64,000 nt of DNA from assembly GCA_021790815.1 (NCBI GenBank), contig JAJYFT010000003.1:19977-83976 (forward strand). Reading direction: 5' to 3'. The notes below the pieces were generated by a model. The model was given only the letters and a program-made list of their open reading frames with translations. It did not search any database and was not told where the DNA came from. Numbering within the stretch: the first letter of the stretch is position 1; every line of letters starts with the position of its first letter. The stretch is from Actinomycetes bacterium. Its GTDB lineage: Bacteria > Actinomycetota > Acidimicrobiia > Acidimicrobiales > JABEUL01. Shown here one piece after another: positions 1 to 9,700 of this stretch. The translations under genes and the position numbers were made by a program.

Positions 1-9
1 ATTGAAACT

Positions 10-900
10 TTGAGCAAATTGCCTTTGAAACTGCAAAACGAAGGTCTCATAGAACGGCGTGGGGACAAGCTATCTTTAACACCGAAAGGGCTCACAAAAA
101 TTGGTTCGAAAGCATTAAAAGATTTGTTTGTGATGCTAGAAAAAGACAGGTTAAATAGTCATTTCTTAAAGAATTTTGGGGTAGGTGGGGAGAAGAATGG
201 CTCTACTCGAAACTATGATTTCGACACTCCATTCCATATAAACCTGGGTGAGACTTTAAGGAACTCAATAAAGAGAGGCGTGGGGACTCCAATTGAGATT
301 AACGCAAAGGACTTTGTAGTCGATGAGACCGACATGATGTCACATTCGTCGACGGTCGTTTTGGTTGATTTGTCTCTTTCAATGCCAATGAAAGATAACT
401 TTCTGGCAGCAAAAAAAGTGACATTGGCACTCTACTCTTTGATATCATCAAAATTCCCCAATGATTTTATAAAAATAGTCGGATTTTCGGAGATTGCTAG
501 AGAGATCCCACCCCACAAACTTCCAGAAATTACATGGGACTTTGCATATGGAACCAATATGGAACACGCGTTCAGACTTGCAAGAAAGATTTTAGAAAAA
601 AAGTACGGGAATAAACAAATAATACTCATTACTGATGGTGAACCGACAGCACATATTGAAGACGGTGGCGAAGTATATTTTAACTATCCACCAACTTCAA
701 AAACCGTAAAGGCAACGCTTTTGGAAGTAAAACGTCTAACAAAAGCAAATATTAGGATAAACACTTTTATGCTGGACGACTCAGTACATTTGAAAGAATT
801 TATCGAAAGAATGACGCGGTTTAATAAAGGAAGAGCATTTTTTACTACGCCTGAAAATCTTGGTAAATATGTGTTAGTTGACTTTTTGAGTCGCCGGTAA
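10..900 (+). CDS. vWA domain protein, C-terminal part (gene probably starts upstream of the window)
   Basis: MIDAS motif DLSLSM, GTNM and ITDGEP; the frame is open to the window edge. Confidence 0.85.
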   Translation: MSKLPLKLQNEGLIERRGDKLSLTPKGLTKIGSKALKDLFVMLEKDRLNSHFLKNFGVGGEKNGSTRNYDFDTPFHINLGETLRNSIKRGVGTPIEINAKDFVVDETDMMSHSSTVVLVDLSLSMPMKDNFLAAKKVTLALYSLISSKFPNDFIKIVGFSEIAREIPPHKLPEITWDFAYGTNMEHAFRLARKILEKKYGNKQIILITDGEPTAHIEDGGEVYFNYPPTSKTVKATLLEVKRLTKANIRINTFMLDDSVHLKEFIERMTRFNKGRAFFTTPENLGKYVLVDFLSRR

Positions 901-971
901 CACAAAAAACGCATATTTTGGCCATATTCTCACTTTAAGTAGTAATATATGTGCACTGTGCGTGAAACCAC

Positions 972-1035
972 TTGATATTTTCTTCAATTCGTGTCAAGAT
1001 AACATTGATGTAATTACAACCGTGATATCTTCACG
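972..1035 (+). promoter_or_regulatory. Putative whiB promoter with downstream palindromes
   Basis: TTGATA-17-CAAGAT with extended TG (972-1000); palindrome TGTAATTACA (1009-1018); inverted repeat CGTGA-N5-TCACG (1021-1035); GGGAGG SD follows. Confidence 0.45.
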
Positions 1036-1049
1036 ATGGGAGGCAGAAA

Positions 1050-1328
1050 ATGGAAGTTAACGTAGCACTAATGTTCGGAGCCCACGACATGACCTGGCAA
1101 AGAAAAGCAAACTGTATGGGAGTTGATCCTGACCTATTTTTCCCCGAAAGAGGAGCCTCGACGCGCGAAGCAAAAGAGGTTTGTAGGGGTTGCGTTGTCA
1201 AGCCAGAATGTTTAGAGTATGCAATATCAAGCGGCGAAAAATTCGGGATTTGGGGCGGAATGAGTGAAAGAGAAAGAAGAAGAATTCGACGGGCGAGATC
1301 TCTGATAAGAATCTCAGCTTCTGCCTAA
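1050..1328 (+). CDS. whiB: WhiB/WhiB2-like Fe-S transcription regulator
   Basis: Four Cys, DPDLFFPERGASTREAK, FGIWGGMSERERRR. Confidence 0.93.
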   Translation: MEVNVALMFGAHDMTWQRKANCMGVDPDLFFPERGASTREAKEVCRGCVVKPECLEYAISSGEKFGIWGGMSERERRRIRRARSLIRISASA

Positions 1329-1516
1329 GTTACTCCTAAAAACTAAAATGTGCCATGCTAACCACAGACTAAGGTAACACTTTTGATAGTTCAGTTTTTA
1401 TAGCAAAAATTCAAAAATTTAAAGAATTTCTCTTTTCATGCCGAAAAAGGAAGTATACAACATATTCGCTGCATATACTCCAATTAAGGTAAGTGTAAAA
1501 AGACGGGAGAAAATTC

Positions 1517-2629
1517 ATGAACGTACCAGAAGTTCCTATTCTTTTAAGATCGGCACGCATAATGATTGTTGACGACAAAGAGGAAAGCGTTCTCCTTCTA
1601 GAAAAATTCCTAAGATTGGCTGGCTATAACAACATATATGGTCAAACTGATCCGAGACAGGCGCTTTTAGACTTGTCCGAGTGGAATCCAGATCTAATGA
1701 TCCTTGACCTCCACATGCCAACATTAGATGGGTTTGCAATTCTTGACATGATTAGAGAAATGCAAGAAGATACGGACTATGTGCCCGTAATAGTAGTAAC
1801 TGCTGATGCGAATAAAGAAGTAATGCGCAAAGCACTTGAAAAAGGTGCAATAGATTATTTAACTAAACCACTAGATAGAGAAGAAGTTCTCCTGCGAGTC
1901 AGAAACATTGCGCAATCTAAATTTCAATATAAGCAGTTGAGGTTAAAGTCAGAGTCACTTGAAAAAAATATTCATGATCGTGAACTTGAACTAGATATTG
2001 CTAGAATTGAAATACTTGAACGACTTGCCCAAATTGCAGAGTACCGTGATGATGAAAGCAAAGAGCACACAAAAAGAGTTGGGGATATTTCAGCGTTAAT
2101 TGCAAACGACTGTGGCATGAGCGAATCAATGGTGAGGATCATGAGAAAAGCAGCTCCCCTTCATGATTTAGGTAAAGTTGGGATTCCTGAATCAATTCTT
2201 CTAAAACCTGGAAAATTGTGCGATGACGAGTTTGAGATAGTGAAATCCCATACAACGTTAGGAGCTGAATTCCTATCAGGTAGTGAGCACAGGCTTCTTA
2301 ATGTCGCTAGAGACATTGCTTTATGTCATCATGAACGATTTGATGGAACAGGCTATCCAAATAAACTCTCAGGTCAAAACATTCCACTTGAAGCGAGAAT
2401 CGCTTCAGTTGCAGATGTATTTGACACCCTCACCCACGTTCGACCATATAGGTCTTCTTGGCCTCTGGATCAGGCGATAGCAGAACTTAGAGATAAAGCT
2501 GGCACTCAATTCGATCCCGAGCTTGTTAGGCTTCTAGAACAGGCCGTAAACGCCGGTGAAATCAACGAGTCTGGCCTAAATACAAGTCGCATAAAATTCA
2601 GCAATACGTACGCTTTAAGAGGAACTTGA
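1517..2629 (+). CDS. Response regulator with HD-GYP domain (RpfG-like c-di-GMP phosphodiesterase)
   Basis: Receiver motifs IVDD, LDLHMP, YLTKP; HDLGK and HHERFDGTGYP. Confidence 0.92.
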   Translation: MNVPEVPILLRSARIMIVDDKEESVLLLEKFLRLAGYNNIYGQTDPRQALLDLSEWNPDLMILDLHMPTLDGFAILDMIREMQEDTDYVPVIVVTADANKEVMRKALEKGAIDYLTKPLDREEVLLRVRNIAQSKFQYKQLRLKSESLEKNIHDRELELDIARIEILERLAQIAEYRDDESKEHTKRVGDISALIANDCGMSESMVRIMRKAAPLHDLGKVGIPESILLKPGKLCDDEFEIVKSHTTLGAEFLSGSEHRLLNVARDIALCHHERFDGTGYPNKLSGQNIPLEARIASVADVFDTLTHVRPYRSSWPLDQAIAELRDKAGTQFDPELVRLLEQAVNAGEINESGLNTSRIKFSNTYALRGT

Positions 2630-2724
2630 TATATTTACAATGAGTTGGGCTCACTTATATCATCCGACTCAAATTGCAACTCATTTGGCTAAATGCTGGG
2701 TTCACCTATTTTTAGGTATTTTTA

Positions 2725-3543
2725 CTACTTGATAGCATTCACTCGATTTTCTAAAATATGAAAATCCTCTATACCACATAATTTAAGATCTTTTTTGCTT
2801 AAATTCCTAAGTACAAAATTTGGTATAAGGCCGACAACCTCACCACGTAGTACTCCACCTCCCATGTCATGTGTCATAGATTTAATTGCATTGAACACCA
2901 ACACAGGCGTAACGACCCAAGGCATAACTAAATTACAAGATATCTGAATAGATTCCCCAACCTCCAAAGCTAGCGCTCTTATTTCGTCCGATCGTATCGA
3001 AGACGCTATCTCTTTTGCATCCTCGAGAACAATTCCATCAAGCCAGACATTATAAGCAACCAAGGTATGCCTTGCGCCCGCACAAATAAATCCTGCTTTT
3101 TTATTTACGTGATTTGGCTCATATTCAACTTTGGAACCTCCTCTTAACAGACGTCTCAACTCAGGAAGCGACCTTTCAGGACCGTATATCCCAACTGGAA
3201 CGTTCAAAACATCGCAAGCCCACTTCGCAAAAGTATCTCGTGCTGAAATAGCTTCCGTTAAGTTGACATCTGAACCATCTTGCAATGGTACAAATGGGAC
3301 AACATCAACTACACCAAATCTTGGATGAACCCCACTATGACTTTCTATATCTAAAAGTGCAACTGCACTAATACTCAGTTGACGAACATCTTGTTCTAAG
3401 TTTTCACCTGCTAGGGTAAATACACTTCGATTGTGCCACTTGTCAATATGTACGTCTAAAAGACTTTCCTTACAGACTTTCTTAAGTTTTTCGAGAACTT
3501 GAGCGTCTTTACCCTCACTCACATTTATGACTGCTTCAAGCAC
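2725..3543 (-). CDS. ftcD: Stand-alone glutamate formiminotransferase (FtcD N-terminal type)
   Basis: INVSEG, HNRSVFTL, HSGVHPRFGVVDVVPFVPL, LVAYNV. Confidence 0.85.
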   Translation of the reverse strand: MLEAVINVSEGKDAQVLEKLKKVCKESLLDVHIDKWHNRSVFTLAGENLEQDVRQLSISAVALLDIESHSGVHPRFGVVDVVPFVPLQDGSDVNLTEAISARDTFAKWACDVLNVPVGIYGPERSLPELRRLLRGGSKVEYEPNHVNKKAGFICAGARHTLVAYNVWLDGIVLEDAKEIASSIRSDEIRALALEVGESIQISCNLVMPWVVTPVLVFNAIKSMTHDMGGGVLRGEVVGLIPNFVLRNLSKKDLKLCGIEDFHILENRVNAIK

Positions 3544-3548
3544 TTGTA

Positions 3549-3842
3549 CTATTGAGAATTAATTGATGCAAGTCTTTCCAGCCGTCGAACTCGTAAAATT
3601 CTTCGCCTTTCTCTCTCGGAAGAACCTCCCCACACCCCATGGTCGATGCGATTATCCAGTGCATATTCAAGGCAGTGTTCCTTCACTACACACTTGCGGC
3701 ATATCTTTCTTGCGACTTCAACACCTGCACCGTCACTTGGGAAAAATATGTCTGGGTCAAGGTCCTTACAAAGACCATCTTTCATCCATACTTCTGCCCC
3801 AGCTTCAGACGTGTCGTACTTCTCTAACTTTTTGCCTAACAT
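3549..3842 (-). CDS. Second WhiB-family regulator
   Basis: Four Cys (C..CRKC..C), FFPSDG, GVWGGSSERERRR. Confidence 0.9.
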   Translation of the reverse strand: MLGKKLEKYDTSEAGAEVWMKDGLCKDLDPDIFFPSDGAGVEVARKICRKCVVKEHCLEYALDNRIDHGVWGGSSERERRRILRVRRLERLASINSQ

Positions 3843-3909
3843 TCACCCTCAATTTAGTCAAGATAATCTTATTACCAGTTTATACCAAAAACTTCTTCAT
3901 CCGCCGGTT

Positions 3910-5454
3910 TTATTCCCATTCAATAGTTCCAGGTGGCTTTGACGTGATATCATACGCTACCCTATTTACCCCATCTACCTCGGATATAACCCTTGATGCT
4001 ATCTTTTCCAGTAGGTCATAAGGAAGACGTGCAAAATCAGCGGTCATTGCATCATCGCTGGTAACAGCTCTTAATATTATGGGGTAAGCATACGTTCTCT
4101 CATCGCCCATCACTCCAACAGATCTAACATCGGCTAGCACAGCAAAAGCCTGCCAAAGTTCTCTCTCAAGTCCAGCTCGCCTAATTTCATCCAAAACAAT
4201 AGCGTCGGCTGCTCTGACTATCCCGACACGTTCTGGTGTCACTTCCCCTACAATCCGTACAGCTAGCCCTGGTCCTGGAAACGGTTGGCGAAATACGATT
4301 TCATCACTAAGCCCAAGTTCACTACCAACTATTCTCACTTCGTCTTTAAAAAGCCTGCGAAGTGGCTCCACTAGCTCAAAATTCATATCATCAGGAAGCC
4401 CTCCCACGTTGTGGTGGCTTTTTATGACTGACGCATTTCCAGGTCCTGATTCAACAACATCTGGATAAAGTGTCCCCTGAACTAAATATTTAACATCTAC
4501 CTTCTCATTTGCTACTTCTTCAAATATACGTATAAAAAGCTCTCCAATTATCTTCCTTTTTTCTTCAGGGTCTCGAACTCCTTTTAATCGAGAGAAAAAT
4601 CTGTCCTTTGCATTTATATGTATAAATTCCGTCTTAAAATCGCGTGTAAATGCAGCTTCTACTTCTTCTGCTTCACCTTGACGCATTAGACCAGTATCAA
4701 CGAACACACACGTTAGATTCGAACCAACAGCTCTATTGACTAATGCGGCAGCAACAGCTGAATCAACTCCACCAGACAGTGCGCACAACACTTTCTCCTC
4801 CCCAACCTGAGATCTAACTTGATCGATTGCCGTCTCAATTACTGAGGTCGAAGTCCAATTTCTTGAGCAACCTGCCACCTTAAAAAGAAATGACTTTATG
4901 ATCTCTTGACCATGGTCAGTATGTGCAACTTCTGGGTGGAACTGAACCCCGTATAAGAGTTTTTGATCATTTTCAAAAGCAGCTACTGGAGAATGGTCGC
5001 TTTGAGCTACAGTTCTAAAATCAGGTGGCATCGACACTATATGATCTCGATGGCTCATCCAAACATTATCGCCCTCTAGTACTGAACCTAATAGCTTCGA
5101 ACTGCTACCTAGATGAATCTCAGTCCTTCCGTACTCTCCTTTTTCGGTTTTTCCTACTACGCCATTTAAGTCTCTTGCTATTAACTGTGCCCCATAACAT
5201 ATTCCTAAAATTGGTATGCCTAGGTCATACACTTCAGTATCAATATCAACCGAATTAGCTGCATAAACAGATTCTGGACCTCCAGAAAATATGATCGCAG
5301 CAGGATTAAAATCCATCAGCTCTTGTGCACTCATCGGCCTGACAATTTCAGAGTACACATGCGCCTCTCGAACTCTTCGAGCTATCAATTGAGCGTACTG
5401 AGCACCGAAATCTACAATTAAGACAGGCCTGTTTGGCCAAATAATATTATCCAA
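3910..5454 (-). CDS. guaA: GMP synthase (glutamine-hydrolysing)
   Basis: [40 protein letters not shown]. Confidence 0.98.
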   Translation of the reverse strand: MDNIIWPNRPVLIVDFGAQYAQLIARRVREAHVYSEIVRPMSAQELMDFNPAAIIFSGGPESVYAANSVDIDTEVYDLGIPILGICYGAQLIARDLNGVVGKTEKGEYGRTEIHLGSSSKLLGSVLEGDNVWMSHRDHIVSMPPDFRTVAQSDHSPVAAFENDQKLLYGVQFHPEVAHTDHGQEIIKSFLFKVAGCSRNWTSTSVIETAIDQVRSQVGEEKVLCALSGGVDSAVAAALVNRAVGSNLTCVFVDTGLMRQGEAEEVEAAFTRDFKTEFIHINAKDRFFSRLKGVRDPEEKRKIIGELFIRIFEEVANEKVDVKYLVQGTLYPDVVESGPGNASVIKSHHNVGGLPDDMNFELVEPLRRLFKDEVRIVGSELGLSDEIVFRQPFPGPGLAVRIVGEVTPERVGIVRAADAIVLDEIRRAGLERELWQAFAVLADVRSVGVMGDERTYAYPIILRAVTSDDAMTADFARLPYDLLEKIASRVISEVDGVNRVAYDITSKPPGTIEWE

Positions 5455-6618
5455 CTAGCTGCCCATGCCTACACCTTGCGATCGCTGAAGTGCTTTCCCT
5501 TCAGTCTGCAAAGAAGGAGCCACCATCACTTCAGCTTTGTGAAACTCTTTAATTGAAGCATAACCACAAGTTGCCATTGACGTCTTCAGTGCACCAAATA
5601 AATTCATACGACCATCATTTTCGTGTGCTGGTCCAAGCAGAATTTCTCTTAGTGTTCCTCGCCTATCTACTTTGACACGAGCTCCACGTGGAAGGGTTGG
5701 ATGAAAAGTTGCCATTCCCCAGTGGAAGCCTCTACCGGGAGCCTCATGGGCATGCGCCAATGGAGATCCCAACATAACGGCATCTGCTCCGCAAGCAAAT
5801 GCTTTAGCAATATCGCCGCCTCTGCTCATTCCACCGTCAGCAATTACGTGGCAGTAAACACCTGTTTCATCCAAGTGCCTCATTCTGGCACCAGCTGCAT
5901 CGGCAATAGCTGTAGCCTGTGGGACTCCAATTCCTAGGACACCCCGAGTCGTGCAGGCATTTCCTGGCCCGACTCCAACAAGCACACCAACTGCTCCAGT
6001 TCTCATAAGGTGTAGTGCAGCGTGATAAGAAGCACAACCCCCTACAATTACTGGCAAGTCTAAGTCTCTAATGAATCGTTTCAAATTCAGAGGCTCCACA
6101 GATTTAGATACGTGCTCGGCTGATACAACTGTGCCCTGGATTACTAGTAGGTCGAGCTCGCCTTCCATAATGGCAGCTGACAGCTCTTCAGTTCTCTGGG
6201 GGGTAACTGAAGCCGCAGACACTACTCCCGCATCTTTTATCTGCTTAATCCGTTCAGTTACAAGTTCGGTTTTTACAGGTTCCTGATATATCTGCTGCAT
6301 TCTTGCCGTAGCTTTTTCAGGCTCTAATGTCGCTATTTCATCAAGTATTGGCTCTGGATCCTCATACCGCGTCCAAAGACCTTCTAAGTTAAGCACACCC
6401 ACTCCACCAAGATGACCAATCTCAATCGCAATCGCAGGGCTTACAACTCCATCCATCGCTGAAGCCAAAAGAGGCAAGTCGAACTTAAAAGCATCTATTT
6501 CAAAGGTTATGTCGACGTCTTCTGGATCTCTCGTCCGTCTAGACGGCACAATCGCAATGTCATCAAAACCGTAGGCACGCCTACCTGACTTACCAATACC
6601 TATTTCGACCTCAGCCAT
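5455..6618 (-). CDS. guaB3: GuaB3-family IMP dehydrogenase-related protein (no CBS domains)
   Basis: [31 protein letters not shown] with catalytic Cys; start moved to ATG 6618 behind GGAGG. Confidence 0.92.
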   Translation of the reverse strand: MAEVEIGIGKSGRRAYGFDDIAIVPSRRTRDPEDVDITFEIDAFKFDLPLLASAMDGVVSPAIAIEIGHLGGVGVLNLEGLWTRYEDPEPILDEIATLEPEKATARMQQIYQEPVKTELVTERIKQIKDAGVVSAASVTPQRTEELSAAIMEGELDLLVIQGTVVSAEHVSKSVEPLNLKRFIRDLDLPVIVGGCASYHAALHLMRTGAVGVLVGVGPGNACTTRGVLGIGVPQATAIADAAGARMRHLDETGVYCHVIADGGMSRGGDIAKAFACGADAVMLGSPLAHAHEAPGRGFHWGMATFHPTLPRGARVKVDRRGTLREILLGPAHENDGRMNLFGALKTSMATCGYASIKEFHKAEVMVAPSLQTEGKALQRSQGVGMGS

Positions 6619-6679
6619 AAAACCTCCTCGCAATCACCCTTGAATCCGCATTCAAAGGAAAAACTTCACTACATAATAG

Positions 6680-6708
6680 GGTACCGCACGAGAGACTCGT
6701 GCGGTACC
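6680..6708 (-). terminator. Perfect 13-bp hairpin downstream of the surface-protein gene
   Basis: GGTACCGCACGAG-aga-CTCGTGCGGTACC; U-tract is weak. Confidence 0.75.
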
Positions 6709-6734
6709 AATGAAGAGGTAATTACTCGTTAAAT

Positions 6735-9700
6735 TTAAACAGCTGTGCCTGATCCCCCAGTTATCGCTTCAGTAACGTAAATATCACATCCACTGCCCAG
6801 GGTTCCACTAAACGAAACCGTAAATGTCCCATTTGCTGAAGTGCTTCCAGTTGATGATCCAACTGTTACACCACTGCACCCTATAGGTACAATCGAAAGT
6901 GGGTCATTTGCAATGCCAACACCATTTCCGTTGTCAACAGTAACGTTGGCATTGGATCCTGATATTACAACGGACACCGAATATTTACTTGACGTAGCAA
7001 CTTCAACTTGAGGCAACGCATATACATAAGTAGCATTCGTATATGACTCAGTAAATGTAAGATCACAGAACCCAACTGAACTAGATGGAGTATAGTCAAA
7101 AGTGACCTGACCTTTTGCCGAAGTATAAGGCATGAAGCTACTAGAAATGCTTCCACAAGACGAGCCAGCAGCTGGAGTTATTGAAATTCCATCCCCTTCA
7201 ACGCCAGCACTACCATTATTTACCGTTAAAGTAACTGGCACCATTGCACCTCCAGCAACAACTGCCGAAGCCGATGTTACAGAAAAAGATGGAGTTATTG
7301 CACTCGGAGGAGTTGCAACTTGTCCAAATGACGCCAGCCCACCACTTCCAGATACCGCTTCAATTGTAAGCAAGTTACAGTTACCAATATAGGTTGATGC
7401 TTGGTACGGAACTGTGACCATCCCATTTGCATTCGTAATAAATGGTGAAACGCCTGCTCCAAAGAACTGTAGACCCGATGGCACTCCACCACAAGCCGGA
7501 TTTCCGCCAAACGAAGCTGGCAGCTTTGAAGGATTAATTACTAAGACAGGATCGTTCACAACTGGAATTCCAGAAGGATTTGTTACTCGCACCTCCATAT
7601 TTACCATACTCGTGTCAGATGCCAATACACTCGGGGTAGATCTTACTACTGTAACTGTATTCTTCACAGATGCTGGATACGATGCTTGAGTGACCAAGTT
7701 AACATTCAATGCACCAGGAGTTGCTGGTGAAGTCACGAGGAATGCGCAAAAACCAACATGGATAGGAGTATATGTAGTCACGAACTTTCCGTCACTTGCA
7801 GTCGTACCAGATACTGCTCCAAGCGTTCCACAGCTAGCTGTCGTATAAACACTATTCGTTACGTTTAATGGTGTAATACTCACGGCTGCACCACCAATTG
7901 GATTGCCATATCCATCTTCAACGCTAATTACTACAGGGTCTGCAGGATCATTAGCATTAACATTAGATAAAGGTAGAGATGGAGATGATCCATTAACTGA
8001 AATAAGTACTTGGTTTGGTGGCCCGAGCTGAGTTATGCTCCCAAATCCAATTGCACCACTTAAACTCTCTTCAGCAGTTACTGCGCAGTTGCCCATAACT
8101 TTAGAAGATTTATAGGTAAAACTTGCAACCCCTGAGGAATTTGTTATTGCAGTATATGCAGATAAACTTCCACATCCTGAAGCTACTCCAGACACGAGAC
8201 TTATTCCTACCGTAGCACCATTTTCTGGCGATCCGCCATTCATTACAGTCACAGAAACAGCTGTAGTAGAGGATCCATCAGCCACAACTACAGCTGGAGC
8301 CACAGAAACAATGCTTAACTGTGTCGCTGAAGTTGCAGCAACCGTTGTTTCACCGCTCATACTTGTAGCAGACTCATTTGCAGTAATCACGCATAGTCCA
8401 GAAGCGGCTGGGGCAGTAAGTGTTGCGCTAAGTTGACCTTCCTGATTTGTGACTCCTGATGAAACTGACAGGGTCCCACATGTCGAACTCAGTGCAACGG
8501 AATCAAGAGTAAGTGGACCTGTATCCGTTGTAACAGTTACTAACACTGATGTAGTACTTGTCCCGTCAGCAGGTATTGCAACTGCACCAGCATCAACAGA
8601 AACAGTTGCAGGAGGAGGAGTTAAGGTTAAGTTTGAAGTTCCCATTCCTCCAGTAGTAGCCTCAGTTGCATCGAGTGAACATCCACCTTGGACGATGCTA
8701 GCTGTCGCACTGAAAATAGCCTGACCACTTGAATTAGTAGTACCCAATCCATTTGAAGAAAGTACCGCACACCCACTTGAAGAATAAATCGAAACTGGAT
8801 CGTTCGGAACTGGTACTCCGTTTTTGTCAGTTACAGTAACTGTCGCGGTAGTTGAACTAATCCCATCTGCGGGAAGCGATGCATTTAGCAACTTAATTGA
8901 AACACTATAGCTTGAAGTTGCTCCAGCTATCGTTTGATTTACTACTTCTGCACCACTCATTGAAGGTGAACTCGAATCAGTTCCAGTAATTTGACAAACA
9001 CCAACACTAGCTCCAGGAGTATAATTCACTGTTCCAGATCCTGATATTCCAATAGCTACAGTTTTAGTTGACAAAGTTCCACAAGCTGCTGCAGGAACAC
9101 CTGTAAGTGCCAAGTTGACGGTACCGCTAATTGGCTGCCCATCTTGAGTTAATGAAAGTGAAATTGTAATCTGGGAAGATCCAGAATTCACATTTACATA
9201 TGCGCTTCCAAATCCAACAACTGGCGGGTTTAGAGCTTGTGAAATTATAAGCTGACCGCTTCCAGAGGACGCAAAATCTGTTACGGAAATATCACATGTT
9301 CCAGCCACAGTTGAAGCGGTATAAGTGAAAGAAAATTCACCGTTAGACCCTGTCGTTGGAGTTACCCCCGTGCTGAGAATGCCACAAGAACCTAACACAC
9401 CATTTGTAGTTGAAAAAGAAAGCTGATCACCTGAAACCGGTGAACCATTTGGCGTAGTTACTAAAACGGTAACTGTCTCATGTGAAGAAGCACTCGGCGT
9501 TATTGTCGTATTTCCTATAACACTTACGTTGTCAGTCCCGATCGAAGCTGCAGTAAAGTATCCGTCTGCGTCAACAACCACTTGAGTACTCCCTAGAGCG
9601 TTGTAAACATTAATCGATCCTTTGCCAAGTTTTGTAACTGACATGTTTGGCACAATTTGAGATGAGCTAAAGTTAAGGTCAGAACTGATGGGAGGGGCAG

